This document shows positions 49,855 through 63,422 of a stretch of 64,000 nt of DNA, piece after piece (within the stretch, counting starts at the first letter, position 1; each line of letters starts with the position of its first letter). Source of the DNA: Paraspadella gotoi (taxonomy: Eukaryota > Animalia > Chaetognatha); contig CM119270.1 of the NCBI GenBank assembly GCA_051294375.1, forward strand, positions 11,263,626 to 11,327,625, written 5' to 3'. Below the pieces are notes generated by a model. It saw nothing but the letters and a program-made list of their open reading frames with translations, searched no databases and was not told where the DNA came from. The position numbers and the translations under genes are program-made.

Positions 49855-51073
49855 CTGGTAAAAATATAGATGTCAAGAAAAATCTGGTTCACAGAAATTA
49901 TTTTCTACATTTTTATTCCTATTGTCACTTTGTTTTGACGCTTTTATGCCATTTTTATCATTTTCCTTCTTGCACGATTATATTTATCCTCACACCGGTT
50001 CTTGTTGACTTTTTCGCCAATTCCGAGTTCATTGATATGTTTTCGATGCCCGTCCAAAATTGCTCAGGGAGTGCAGGTTTAAGTACATGTACGAAATTTC
50101 TGTTGGCTCTTAACTGAATTTACTTCTCGTAAACTTGGGATCAGCGTGTGACTCTCAAGTGAGAACGAATCCTGAGATTTTTCTCCGGGTTAATAATTTT
50201 TAATACGGATCCTGCGGAAACTATTTGCTATTTTGGTTGGTTTAATATTTAATAATAGGTATAATATTAAATTAGTAACACAATTGTTGTAGAATAATTT
50301 ATATATTATTATTAATTATCCGGACACAATTCAAATTACAACAATAAAAGTAATGAAGCGGTAATATAAATAACAAACCATAAAAAACAAAACACAAAAT
50401 TGAAATATTAAGTACAAGAATAAAATGTAAAAAAAGTCAGCAAAAAGTCTTAAAATTTTTGCGTGAAAAAGTTATCGGATGGGGTTATAGTTGTGTCGAA
50501 GATGAAATATGAAACCAAAAAGTTCACAATTAAATAAAAGTATTAAATAAAAATAAAAAACGTGGAAAAGATTCTTTTTCACTTTCACACAAAGCTACAC
50601 ATGCGAAAAAATTATAAATATCAAATTTGGCTTAAAATATGGATTTATTGCTTTTTTGTTTCACCCACGTAATGTGTAGTAAAATTTTAAAAAATAAGTT
50701 ATTGCATCTTACCTTAATTAATATATAACAACAAATATTCACACTATTCCTTTAAACAACAGTCATAAATAACTTGTAACATAGATTCAAACCAAACATA
50801 AAAACGAGATTGTGATTTCTCCATTAAAAACAAAAGAATCTATTCTATAGTCTTGTGAATATAACAAAATAAATATGCAAAAAATTCAGTTTTCGACAAA
50901 TAAGAAAAAAATGAAAAAGAACTCATAAATTATCGCAGGCAAAGAAAACCTTACAAAACATAATACAAGCGGCGGTTAGAGCAAAGTCAGTTTTTTTAAC
51001 TGTGAAATCGCCACGCGCGATCGCATTTCTAAGACTTCCCCCCCAAAAAAAAATTAAAATATCCCGAGCCTAT

Positions 51074-51372
51074 TTACAACGACCAGTACTGGTGCTTCTC
51101 CACGGCTTCCAGCGCCGCCTGGAAACCGTCGCGCTTCTCCGCCACCAGGCGCTGATCCCCGCACACCTGGCGGGCGAAATCGAACCAGGCGGAAAGGAGC
51201 GGCCGGTCGAGTCCCGTCTCCATGGCGACGGCGGGCACGCTGAGTCCGCGCGACCACCAGAAGAGAATTTCCAGGATTGATTGGAGAGATTGACGACTTT
51301 GGTCAGAAGATTCGTCTGAAATGAGAGAAAATGAAAGAAGTTAGAGATTTAGAGATGAGAGAGAGAGAGAGG

Positions 51373-51454
<82 letters not shown>

Positions 51455-54178
51455 AAGAAAGAAAGAAACAGTCACCTGACAGACCGACGTCCCTTTCCGC
51501 ATCCTTCGCCTTCGACGCATCTCCACTCGCATCCGTCCAACGCGCCCTCGACGCCACCGAAGAGTCTGCACTCGGCGCCGCATTCGCCGCAGGACATTTT
51601 TCGTCGCAGCAGCCGCCGGCTCATCAGCCACTTGACGGTGGCCTCCGTCTCCCGCGGGCAGATCTCGTGGAAGAACTGGCGAATCGTCCATCCAGGGAGG
51701 AGGAGCCTTTTCTTCACGAGAGGCGGCTTGCACGAGGCGGAGGCGGCGGAGGCGGAGGATGAAGCTTCCGGCGGGAGTTCCGGTGAGGGCGCCATGGCGC
51801 GCTTGACGGAAGTGGAGGCGACGGCGGCGTCGGAGTCCTTGGGGCATTCCGCCTTGTCGACGCCTTCTGGTTTTCTCTCCTTATCTTCCTCTTCTTCCTC
51901 CAGATTCGACGCTCGTCGATAGGAGGCGGAGCGGACGAACCGCTGGAGGCGGCCGGTGGGTCGGAGGCGAGAGGCTGCTGTCGCTGGGAGCGAGAAGACG
52001 GGAGCGGGGTCTGAGGCGGAGGGGGAGGCGGAGACGGCGCTGCTCTCTTTGGCCACGTTGTTGTTTTGGTTATTCTTTTCGTTGTTGTGATTTTTATTGT
52101 TTTTCTCGATGAAGAAAACCCGGTTGGTCTTGGCGCAACTCCTCACGGCCAGAGTCTCTTTGTTTACGTTGACGTTATTGTTGTTGACGCGGTCGGACGG
52201 GGACGAGATCGGCGTGGACGACGGCGAGGACGACGACGACGGAGACGAAGACGACGAAGAGGAGGAGGACGAGTTTAAGGAGGAAGAGGAGGATTGCGCC
52301 TGGAGGCTCTTGGCTCTCTCCTTGTTGTCCTTCTCTTTGGGGAGCGGGTTGGAGGATTCTGAAAGGGATTGAGGAAGGGGAAGATAATAGAATTTAAATA
52401 TCTTTTAAATTTAAATTGAACAATTTTTAAAAAGAGTGTTAGGAAAAAGAGTGGTAAAAAGAGAAATAGGGAAACATTAAAAGAAAAAAGACATTTTATC
52501 GAAATTTAAACCAATAGCCAGAAAGAAAAAGAAAAAGAGAAAAAACTCCAAAAAAAGAAACGAAGAAACTCACTCACTCGAGGTCAGGTTATTCCGTTTG
52601 AAGCTGAGCGTCGCTCGCAGCGCCCCAGGCGGTGGCGTTTGGATTGGTCGCACGTTGGTACAACGTTGGGCGAGCGGCGACGTCGTCGAATCGGCGTCAT
52701 CGCCATCGTCGTCGTCGTCGCGTCCGGCGTCGACGACGAGTTCCGGCGACGAGGGCGGAGTGAAGAAGACGGTATCGTTGCGAGAAGGAGAAGGAGCTGG
52801 AGAGAAGAAGAAGGACGTGAAGATTAGTTTAACAATATAAATATATATAAATAAATAAACAGATCTTAATCTTTTTAATAAATCAATTAATCATTCAATC
52901 AATCAAATCCTCACCGATTCCCGCCTCTTCTTCCTGCCTCAAGTCCCTCGTCGACTTCCTTCGATCTTCGGCTCCGACAGAATGAGATCGAATCATCGGA
53001 GATTTGGGTTTTTGGACTCCGGCCCTCACGATCACAGTTCGCCTGTGGGAAAAAAGAGGCCAATGAATAATAATAAAGATGATAATAATAATAATAATAA
53101 ATCCTGTGGAGAGAAAATAATGATAATGGATAATAATAGACAATAATGATTTGAGTCATTTTTAAATAGGGGGAAATCGTGATGCTCCCGAGTTGTGATG
53201 TTAAACTAGTCATTTATAAGTATAGTCTCGCAAAAAAAAAAAAGAAAAAAAAAGTAACCATCAAAAAAATAGATTTTTTTGGTAAACTATTAAAGAGTCA
53301 TTAAAAGGGAATAAAATAAAAACTTGGTGTTTTTTTGGTTTGAACTAGAGAGACTGAGTTGAGACAAGCATTAACAAGCAACGATTAAGCCAAGCTTTAA
53401 CTGACAACTGGATTGCGGATTGCGCCGCCAGAGGTCTGCAAACGGGCAATAAGGGTGACAAGCGGGCAGCTCGGCGGCTCCCCTCCCGGAGTTTCCCCTT
53501 TTTCGATGAAATTTGGAAAATCGATAAGAGGATGACTGCAACCACGCAAGGAGAGGAGTTGGATGATTAAGGCCGAATGCGGATGGAAAGGCAATGCAAG
53601 AAGCATGCAATGAGAGGTACCAAGAGATAAAGACAGAGAAAGAATGAGTTTTCTATGAAAAAACTGATGCTGATGCTGATGAAAAAACTGATGCTGATGC
53701 TCTGGATGCGTTCAAAATTTTGTTTTCTATTCAGAATTATCTTTATAAGCCGCGTTAGAAGGTAAGAACTATGTAATGCTGCATAATCTAAAAATATAGG
53801 TTTAAAAGCAACTTACCTTATCGTCGCGAATCTACTGTTTTCTACTTTGTTTTCCTTTTTGTTTTCTTTCTCTTTGTTTTCAGTTTTCATCGTAAATTTG
53901 TTCTCCAATTTGTTCTCCACGAATTTTTTTTCGAATTTGTTCTCCACTTTGTTGTCCACTTTGTTCTCCTTTTTGTTCCCTCCTTCCGCGAGGAAAGGAG
54001 GTAAGCGATGAGGACCGAGTTGCTGGGGCTGCCGTCCAAGGGGCTGGGGTTGCCGTCCCAAGTGCTGGGGATGCCGCGCCAGAGGCTGGGGGTGACGTCC
54101 GAGGGGCGGGGGTCGGTTGCTGGCTTCGCGCTTCGGTCCCTCGTTGTGGACGCGAGGGTGAAGGGCCAATTCCACCAT
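51074..54178 (-). CDS. Spliced gene (~610 aa): low-complexity N-terminus plus Merlin/IS1595(ISXO2)-like Zn-ribbon and HTH, no DDE domain (putative domesticated transposase)
   Basis: Exons: 54178-53817, 53042-52915, 52796-52578, 52358-51476, 51315-51074. Phases agree except for a 1-nt discrepancy at the last junction. Motifs: KWLMSRRLL...CGECG...LDGCEWRCVEGEGC...SVR, then ILEILFWWSRG...METGLDRPLLSAWFDFARQVC. Confidence 0.7.
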
Positions 54179-54667
54179 GATGTAACGATGATGTAGAGAA
54201 AGTTTGATGTAGCGATGAAAGGATATGAAAAGAACGGCGAAGCGAGGAGAATTGATTTCGAATCGAATCGAAGGATGAAAAGGTAAACGTCGACAACGAC
54301 GACGATAATAACGACGAAATGAGATCGACGACGAAGTTTTTCTCAAAACATTTTCTTTCGGATTTCTCCGAATTTTGTTTTTAGTCAAAAATAGTCGGAC
54401 GAAGAAGACGAACGCGATGTTTTGACTTCCTTCCCTCGGACTCGCAATTTGAAGACTGACGATGAAGAAATCCGCCCTCGGGGTTTTAAAGGAGAGATGA
54501 GGAGGAGGAGGAGGAGGAGGAGGAGGAGGAGGACAGTTGGTATTGCAGTCTTCCTTTTCGTCGTCGTCGTCTTCGTCGTCGTCTTCGTCGTCGTCATTCT
54601 CCTTTGTCCCTCGTGTTCCTCATCATCATCTCTTCTTTAAGGTTTACGACATTCGCGGATATGCTCG

Positions 54668-54698
<31 letters not shown>

Positions 54699-55055
54699 TG
54701 TTCGATCGATCTAATCCAAGATTTCTTTGTTTTCTCCGAACAGCGTTGGCGATCCACGTTATATACTACATTTGGCTAAAAAAAAATGATCATATTCTTA
54801 AAATAAAAAAATAGCAATATAAACATAATGCAAAAAATTAAAAAGTTTTGTATTTATTTAAAATTTTATATATACCATTATATTAAAATTATGATTTATA
54901 TTTATATTCAAGCCCAAAGAAGATAACAGCAGTCAACAAACATTTAGGGCAGCCACTGGCAAGCAGTCTTTTGCTTTTGCTTTTGCTTTTGGGTGACAGG
55001 TGTAAATTTCTCGAGTCTCTCTTTTGACTTCCAGGAGACGAACTGGATAATCATC

Positions 55056-55092
<37 letters not shown>

Positions 55093-55093
55093 C

Positions 55094-55126
<33 letters not shown>

Positions 55127-56249
55127 TAAAATCAGGTTTTTCGGCCCGCTGGTGGCAGATGGGCGGGGGTTGATCCTTACGAGAGCTCCTGGGTGATTAG
55201 CGGCCGATTTTTTTTTGTTCTCAAGTATAATAATAGAAAAAAAAATTAATGGTGAAACATTTATAAACATAAACCTATATGTATATTGTTCAACTCACTT
55301 TTAAGCCTGGTCTTGCTCAATCAAAATTCCAGGGCGGAGTTTTGGCAAGGCTTTAAGTTTTTATTTAACTTTTATTACTTTACCTTGATTGTTTTGAATA
55401 CGTTTAGGCTGTAATATAAATAGTATATATAATATATATGTATATATATCTATCATCCTTACTTCTGTAGTATCGGAAACATCGACCTGAGAAACTTTTT
55501 CTTTTTTGTCGTGAAGTCGACGAAGACCGAAGGTGAGTTCGTTCGTGACTTCGATTCGTCTCGTCTGATCTTGTGAATCTAACATTCGTCGGCGAGAGAT
55601 TAACGAAAACTCACCTCTGTGATTCGCGAAATCTTCACATACTAAAGAAACGAGTTTTGGGAACAGATTTTCACAGTCATAAATCTTATGAAAAACGAAT
55701 GTTCACAACTCTTAAATCACCAAGTTTTAAAACTGACTCGATATTTGAAAAAAAAAAATTTTTATGAAATTTATTTTTTTTAAATAGTTGACATGATTTA
55801 TAGTTTGATTTTTGGCAGTTTTCATTCACCGAATTTATTTTAGAAGAATGGGAGGAAGTGGAGAGAAGAAGATGAAAAGAGGATAAAGTAGAAAAATGAG
55901 GGTCGAAAATGAAATGAGAGTGAAAATAAACCAAGCGGAAAAAAAAAATAAGAAAAAAATAGATTTCCCTTTTGAAAAACTCCATTTCACATCTGGTTTC
56001 GTATTTGAGCCGAAGGATAAAAACAGACGGCAAAAAAGAGAAGCAGATGCCGAGCGAGAAGACGGCAGACCCGCAGACCTGATTCAGGCGGAGAACATCG
56101 TCGTCGACTTCTTTTCAGATTCTTCGTTATTTAACGAAAAATATTATTAATAAGAAACTAAGTTTGAATAGATTCAACTCTTTCTTTCTTTTCTTTCATC
56201 TTTCTTGCTTTCTTTTCTTTTCTTTTCATTTCTTTTCATTTCTTTTCTC

Positions 56250-56321
<72 letters not shown>

Positions 56322-57593
56322 TCCTTCTTTCTTTCTTTCTTTCTTTCACAATCGATAAACGTTAGAAAGCCACAACTCCAAGCGACGAGCAACAGCCTTC
56401 GTCACTTCCTGATTTTTTCCGGAAATAAAATAGAAAGTGACCCAGAACTGTATGAAGGGTCCGCATTGTCCGCATTTCGGGTCGTCATTGTCGGGCAGGC
56501 AATATCGATGCGGCGTCATCCAGACGGCGATCGAGATGGAATCGGCAAAGCCAAAGGATGGGATGAAGGAACTCATTGTTTCTCTTCAAAGAACCGAAAT
56601 TTTTCTTACGAGTTAAGGAAGGAAAATAAAGGAGGAGAAGCGCGTGGATTCTAATCCATCTGAGGCTTAATGCTCATGTCTGTCGTTCATCTTTCATTAA
56701 TTCGGTCAAATAACGCTCTTCCTTTATATTTTAGTCTCTTTTCAATGAACGTTTGCTATAGGTTATAATGGAGCACCTACCGTTTCGTCTTGTGAGTACT
56801 AATGCTCGTTTTCGTACATCTTGTCTTTTCAATTTTCCCACTATACAATGTATAGTCTACATAGATTTGCTTAACTCATTCGTTTTTTTCACGATTGACT
56901 ATTTCTGCTTTTTCTTTCGGTGTACGTTCTTAGTTAATCATTTTCCAGTGAGGGTTTTTCCTTCTTTTTTTTTTTAGTTTGAACGTTCGAAGTCATTCGT
57001 CGTCATTCGTCTCTTCGTCGTTTGTCGTTTTTTCGCTCTCCTTTTTCGTCAGTCGAACGAGGCAAAGAAGGGTTTTGGGTGTCACCCTTCGGGGGACCCT
57101 GAGGCGGAGCACGCGACAAATGCAGTCGTCCTCGTCGTCGTCGTAATCGTCGTCGTCGACTTCGTCGTTATCGTCACGCCTCGTGATTCGTGACGATAAC
57201 CTTTGGGCGTTATACAGATATTTTTGCAAGCGAAACAGGAAAAAAAGGAAAAAATAGGAGGATCGATTAAAACGTCAAAAAGAAAGAGATTTGTGAATTT
57301 CGACGACCGAGAATAAAATTATGGTTTTTAGGTGTTTCTGTCTAAGGAAACCAATATTTTTTTTTCCCTTTAACTCACTATCAACTGATTTAGGAGTCAA
57401 TTTCTTTCACTTTCTTGCTAAACGGCCCCACTAAAATACATTACATTTCTGTACAGTATATTTTTCTAAATAAGTGAAGATCGTTTACCTAAGTTTTTGT
57501 AAACAAATTTTTTCGCCTTTTTCGATCTTTACTTTGTCAGCCTTTGTTATTCGATCTTTAACTTTCGGCGAAAGTTTTTAATTAGCGCAATTT

Positions 57594-57633
<40 letters not shown>

Positions 57634-57989
57634 ACTTATCCGGCGCGTGTCTGCGCATCGACAAACGCTCTGTTTGTACTGGAAGCGAATGGGCAGGTGG
57701 ACTCCAGACGCGATTTGAACCGACGACGATAATGCGGGCGACGACGACGATAAAGAAGACGAAAGACGACGACGACGATAAAGTGAACGAAGAAGGACTG
57801 AGGTGACACGCGAACTGAGTCAACCATTTNNNNNNNNNNNNNNNNNNNNNNNNNNNNNNNNNNNNNNNNNNNNNNNNNNNNNNNNNNNNNNNNNNNNNNN
57901 NNNNNNNNNNNNNNNNNNNNNNNNNNNNNNNNNNNNNNNNNNNNNNNNNNNNNNNNNNNNNNNNNNNNNNNNNNNNNNNNNNNNNNNNN

Positions 57990-58022
<33 letters not shown>

Positions 58023-59182
58023 TCATTGGTACTAATCCACCAGCGACAGAATTTTACCATTTTTAATGTTTGAATTCTTGGACTCGTTCCGCTTTGGAAT
58101 TAGTGTGCTATTGAAACTTGTCTTGTTCTTTTTCTAAGTTTTTCAGTTCGATCAAAATTGCATTAATAACTGCTTCGAAGGAAAAACTTGATTTACCGCT
58201 GAATATTCGAATATATGAAGTGTTGAGGATCGATACAATTTTTAAACAACCCGCATAAATATTGTGCAATGTGCATCTTTATAATTATAATCTACAACTC
58301 TTACAACTTACGTTTTCACTTTGCATTGATTTTGAATTAATAAATCAATTTCAATTGTTGAAACGGATGTTATAATAATATGTATTCCAATAATACGTAA
58401 ATCAATAAAAATCCAAAACTCCGACCCTAAACTTTCGCCGCTTTCGATTAACAAGGACTCACGTTGAAAGTCTCTTTTCAGTCTTCTCCACAGNNNNNNN
58501 NNNNNNNNNNNNNNNNNNNNNNNNNNNNNNNNNNNNNNNNNNNNNNNNNNNNNNNNNNNNNNNNNNNNNNNNNNNNNNNNNNNNNNNNNNNNNNNNNNNN
58601 NNNNNNNNNNNNNNNNNNNNNNNNNNNNNNNNNNNNNNNNNNNNNNNNNNNNNNNNNNNNNNNNNNNNNNNNNNNNNNNNNNNNNNNNNNNNNNNNNNNN
58701 NNNNNNNNNNNNNNNNNNNNNNNNNNNNNNNNNNNNNNNNNNNNNNNNNNNNNNNNNNNNNNNNNNNNNNNNNNNNNNNNNNNNNNNNNNNNNNNNNNNN
58801 NNNNNNNNNNTCTCTTTCTTTCCTTTGTTCCATTCTTTTTCTTACCATCCGCGTCCCGGAGATTTCAGATCTTCTTCCCAACGGACTCCAACTGTCTCTC
58901 CCTTCATCAACAAGAAAACTACTCCAGTCGCCCGTCGCGTTGTCCACCCATCCTCTCAACGGGGACGATGACGTAGAAGACAATGACGTTGACGACGATA
59001 ATGACGATAACAATTTTTCTCTCTTGCTCTTCTCTCAGATTTATTCTTTATGTTAATCAGCCTTTTCCTTTTCTGGTCGGTCTGTCCGTATTTCATTTCG
59101 CCGGTCGGTCCCAGGTACATTTGAAAGTTAATACTGAGCCAAAAATGACAAGCAGGTTTTGTACCACGCGAAACTTTGTAAA

Positions 59183-59665
59183 TACACTACTGTTCAAAAT
59201 AAACGCCCCACTTTATAACTTTAGATTCCAGACACTCTATAAAGACATTTTTGCAAATTATATAAAAAAATATAATCTTTTTAAAAAAAGAAATCAATGT
59301 ATCTAAATTTTACTACAATCGGTCAAGTGGTTTAGGAGATATAATTTTTTAAANNNNNNNNNNNNNNNNNNNNNNNNNNNNNNNNNNNNNNNNNNNNNNN
59401 NNNNNNNNNNNNNNNNNNNNNNNNNNNNNNNNNNNNNNNNNNNNNNNNNNNNNNNNNNNNNNNNNNNNNNNNNNNNNNNNNNNNNNNNNNNNNNNNNNNN
59501 NNNNNNNNNNNNCTTTTATCATATGTTTTAATAACCTTAAGATTATTATTTAGGGAACTGAGGCAATCCAGTTATCCAGCTATCCAGTATATTTTTTTAA
59601 TTTTTAATCTACTACAATCTACTATAAAGTATTAGAAAAAATAAGTTGGTCTTAAATCTGTATGG
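59183..59665 (-). mobile_element. MITE family A, second copy (inverted, interrupted by gaps)
   Basis: ta-CACTACTGTTCAAAATAAACGCCCCACTTTATAACTTTAGATTCCAGAC matches the reverse complement of 13370-13423. Further matches to 12975-13050 and 12480-12545. Confidence 0.75.
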
Positions 59666-59721
59666 TGGACTAAAATCCACCAACCGTTCATCAGCGNNNN
59701 NNNNNNNNNNNNNNNNNNNNN

Positions 59722-62700
59722 TCGTCGGCCGAATCTACTGTTTTCTACTTTGTTTCCTTTTTGTTTTCTTTTCTCTTGTTTTAGTTTTCATTCGTAAATT
59801 TGCTTCTGCCAATCTTGGTCTCCACGAATTTTTTTTTCGAAATTTGTTCTCGCACTTTGTTCACTGTGTTCTCCTTTTTGTTCCCTCCTTCGCGAGGAAA
59901 GGAAGGTAACGATGAGCGACCGAGTTGCTGGGCTGCCGTCCCAAGGGGCGGGGTTGCGCGTCCCAAGTGCTGGGGATGCCGCGGCCAGAGGCTGGGGTGA
60001 CGGTCCGAGGGGCGGGGGTTCGGTTGCTTGGCTTCGCGCTTCGGTCCCTCGTTGTGGACGCGAGGGTGAAGCGGCCCAATTCCACCATGATGTAACGTGA
60101 TGTAGAGAAAGTGTTGATTGTAGCGATGAAAGATATGAAAAGAACGGCGAAGCGAGGAGAATTGATTTCGAATCGAATCGAGGATGAAAAGATTAAACGT
60201 CGGACAACGACAGACGATAATAACGACGAAATGAGGATCGACGGACGAAGTTTTTCTTCAAAACATTTTCTTTCGATTTCTCGAATATTTGTTTTTAGTC
60301 AAAAAATAGTCGGACGAAGAAGACGAACGCGATGTTTTGACTTCCTTCCCTCGGAACTCGCAATTTGAAGACTGACGATGAAGAAATCCGCCCTCGGGGT
60401 TTTAAAGAGAGATGAGGAGAGGAGGAGGAGGAGGAGGAGGAGGAGACAGTTGGATATTGCAGTCTTTTCCTTTTCGTCGTCGTCGGTTCTTCGTCGTTCG
60501 TCTTCGTCGATCGTCATTCTCCTTTGTCCTCGTGTTTCCTCATCATCATCTCTTCTTTAAGGTTTACGACATTCGCGGATATGCTGCGGCGTCGTCGTCG
60601 TCGTCGTCGTCGTCTCGTTGTTCGATCGATCTAATCAAGATTTCTTTGTTTTTCTCCGAACAGGCTTGGCGATCCACAATACTACATTTGGCTTAAAAAA
60701 AATGATTCATATTCTTAAAATAAAAAAATAGGCAATAGAAACATAATGCCAAAAAATTAAAAAGTTTGTATTTATTTAAAATTTTATATATTTACCCATT
60801 ATATTAAAATATGATTTATATTTATTATTTCAAGCCCAAAGAAGATAAACAGCAGTCAACAAACATTTAGGGCAGCCACTGCAAGCAGTCTTTTGCTTTT
60901 GCTTTTGCTTATGGGTACAGGTGTAAATTTCTCGGAGTCCCTCTTTACTTCCAGGAGACGAACTGGATTATCATTCAGAAAGGAGAGAAAGAGAGAGAGA
61001 GAGAGAGAGAAGAGAGGAGGAAGAGATGAGAGAGAGAAGGAGAGAGGAGAGAGATAAGAGAGATTAAAATCAGTTTTTTTCGGCCCGCTGGTGGCAGATG
61101 GGCGGGGGGTTGATCCTTACGAAGAGCTCCTGGGTGATTAGCGGCCGATTTTTTTTGTTCTCAAGTATAATAATAGAAAAAAAAATAATGGTTGAAACAT
61201 TTATAAACATTAAAACCTATATGTTATATTGTTCAAAACTCACTTTTAAGCCTGGTCTTGCTTCAATCAAAAATTCGCGGGCGGAGTTTTGGCAAGCTTA
61301 AGTTTTTATTTAACTTTTATTTACTTTTAACCTTGATTGTTTTGAATACGTTTAGGCTGTAATAAAATAGTTATATATATATATATGTATATATATCTAA
61401 TCATCCTTACTTCTGTAGTATCGGAACATCGACCTGAAAACTTTTTCTTTTTTGTCGTGAAGTCGACCCGAAGACCGAAGGTGAGTTCGTTCGTGACTTC
61501 GATTCGTCTCGTCTGATCTTGTGAATCTAACATTCGTCGGCGAGAGAATTAACGAAAACTCACTCTGTTGATTCGGCGAAATCTTCCACATACTAAAGAA
61601 AACGAGTTTTGGGGAACCAGATTTTCACAGTCAAAATCTTATGAAAAACGAATGTCACAAACTCTTAAATCACCAAGTTTTAAACTGACTCGATATTTGA
61701 AAAAAAAAAATTTTTATTGAAATTTATTTTTTTATTAATAGTTGACATGATGTTATAGTTTGATTTTTTGGCAGTTTTCATTCACCGAATTTATTTTAGA
61801 AAGAATGGAGGAAGTGGAGAGAAGAAGATGGAAAGAGGATTAAAAGTAGAAAAATGAGGTCGAAAATGAAATGAGAGTTAAAATAAACCAAGCGGAAAAA
61901 AAAATAAGAAAAAAATAGATTTCCCTTTTTGAAAAAAAACTCCATTTCACATCTGGTTTCGTATTTGAGCCGAAGGATAAAAACAGACGGCAAAAAGAGA
62001 AGGCAGATGCGGCCGAGCGAGAAGCACGGCAAAGACCGCAGACCTGATTCAGGCGGAGAACATCGTCGTCGACTTTCTTTTCAGATTTCTTCGTATTTAA
62101 CGCAAAAATATTATTAATAAGAAACTGAAGTTTGAATAGATTCAACTCTTTCTTTCTTTCTTTCATCTTTTCTTCTTTCTTTTCTTTTCTTTTTCTTTCT
62201 TTTCATTCTTTTCCTCTTTCTTTCTTTCTTCTTTCTCTTTCTTTCTTTCTTCTTCTTTCTTTCCCTTCTTTCCGTTCTTTCTTTCTTTCACAATCGATAA
62301 ACGTTAGAAAGCCACAAACTCCAAGCAGACGAGCAACAAGCCTTCGTCACTTCCTGATTTTTTCCGGAAATAAGAATAGAAAGTGGACCAGAACTGTATG
62401 AAGGGTCCCCATTGTCCGCATTTTCGGGTCGTCATTGTCGGGGCAGGCAATATCGATGCGGCGTCATCCAGGCGGCGATCAGATGGAATCGGGCAAAGCC
62501 ACAAGGATGGGATGAAGGACTCTTGTTTCTCTTTCAAAGAACCGAAATTTTGTCTACGAGTTAAGGAAGAAAATAAAGGAGGAGAGAGCGCGTGGATTCT
62601 AATCCATCTGAGGCTTAAATGCTCATGTCTGTTTCGTTCACTTTCATAATTCGGTCAAATAACGCTCTTCCTTTATATTTAGTCTCTTTTCAATGAAACG

Positions 62701-63422
62701 TTTGCTATAGTTATATGGAGCACCTACGTGCGTCTTGTGAGTACTAATGCTCGTTATCGACATCTTGTCTTTTCAATTTCCACTATACAATGTATTAGTT
62801 CTACCATAGATTTTGCTTAACTCATTCGTTTTTTTTCACGATTGACTATTTCTTGCTTTTTCTTTCGGTGTACGTTTCTTAGTTAATTTCATTATTTCCA
62901 GTGAGGGTTTTCCTTCTTTTTTTTTTTAGTTTGAAACGTTCGAAGTCATTTCGTCGTCATTCGTCTCTTCGTCGTTTGTCGTTTTTTCGCTCTCCTTTTC
63001 GTCAGTTCGAAAACGAGGCAAAGAAGGGTTTTGGTGTCACCCTTCGGGGACCCTAGGCGAGCACGGACAAAATGCAAAGTCGTCCTCGTCGTCGTCGTAA
63101 ATCGTCGTCGTTCGACTTCGTCGTTATCGTCACGCCTCGTGATTCGTGACGATTAACCTTTGGGGGCGTTATACAGATTTTTTTGCAAGCAAACAGGAAA
63201 AAAAGGAAAAAATAGGAGGATCGATTAAAACGTCAAAAAGAAAAGAACTTGTGTGAATTTCGGACGACCGAGAATTAAAATATGGTTTAGGATGTTTCTG
63301 TCTAAGAAACCAATATTTTTTTTTCCCTAACTCACTATCAAACTGGATTTAGAGTCAATTTCTTTCACTTCTTTGCTAAACGGCCCCACTAAAATACATT
63401 ACATTTCTGTACAGTATATTTT
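59722..63422 (+). repeat. ~3.7-kb direct duplicate of 53821-57462, rich in 1-nt indels
   Basis: Colinear copy from TCGTCG(G)C(C)GAATCTACTG to CATTTCTGTACAGTATATT; begins right after an N gap. Confidence 0.92.

Noticed and set aside
55361-57230. Short ORFs such as MSSFIPSFGFADS... and MLDSQDQTRR...
   Set aside because: I could not join them into a consistent gene or recognise a family.
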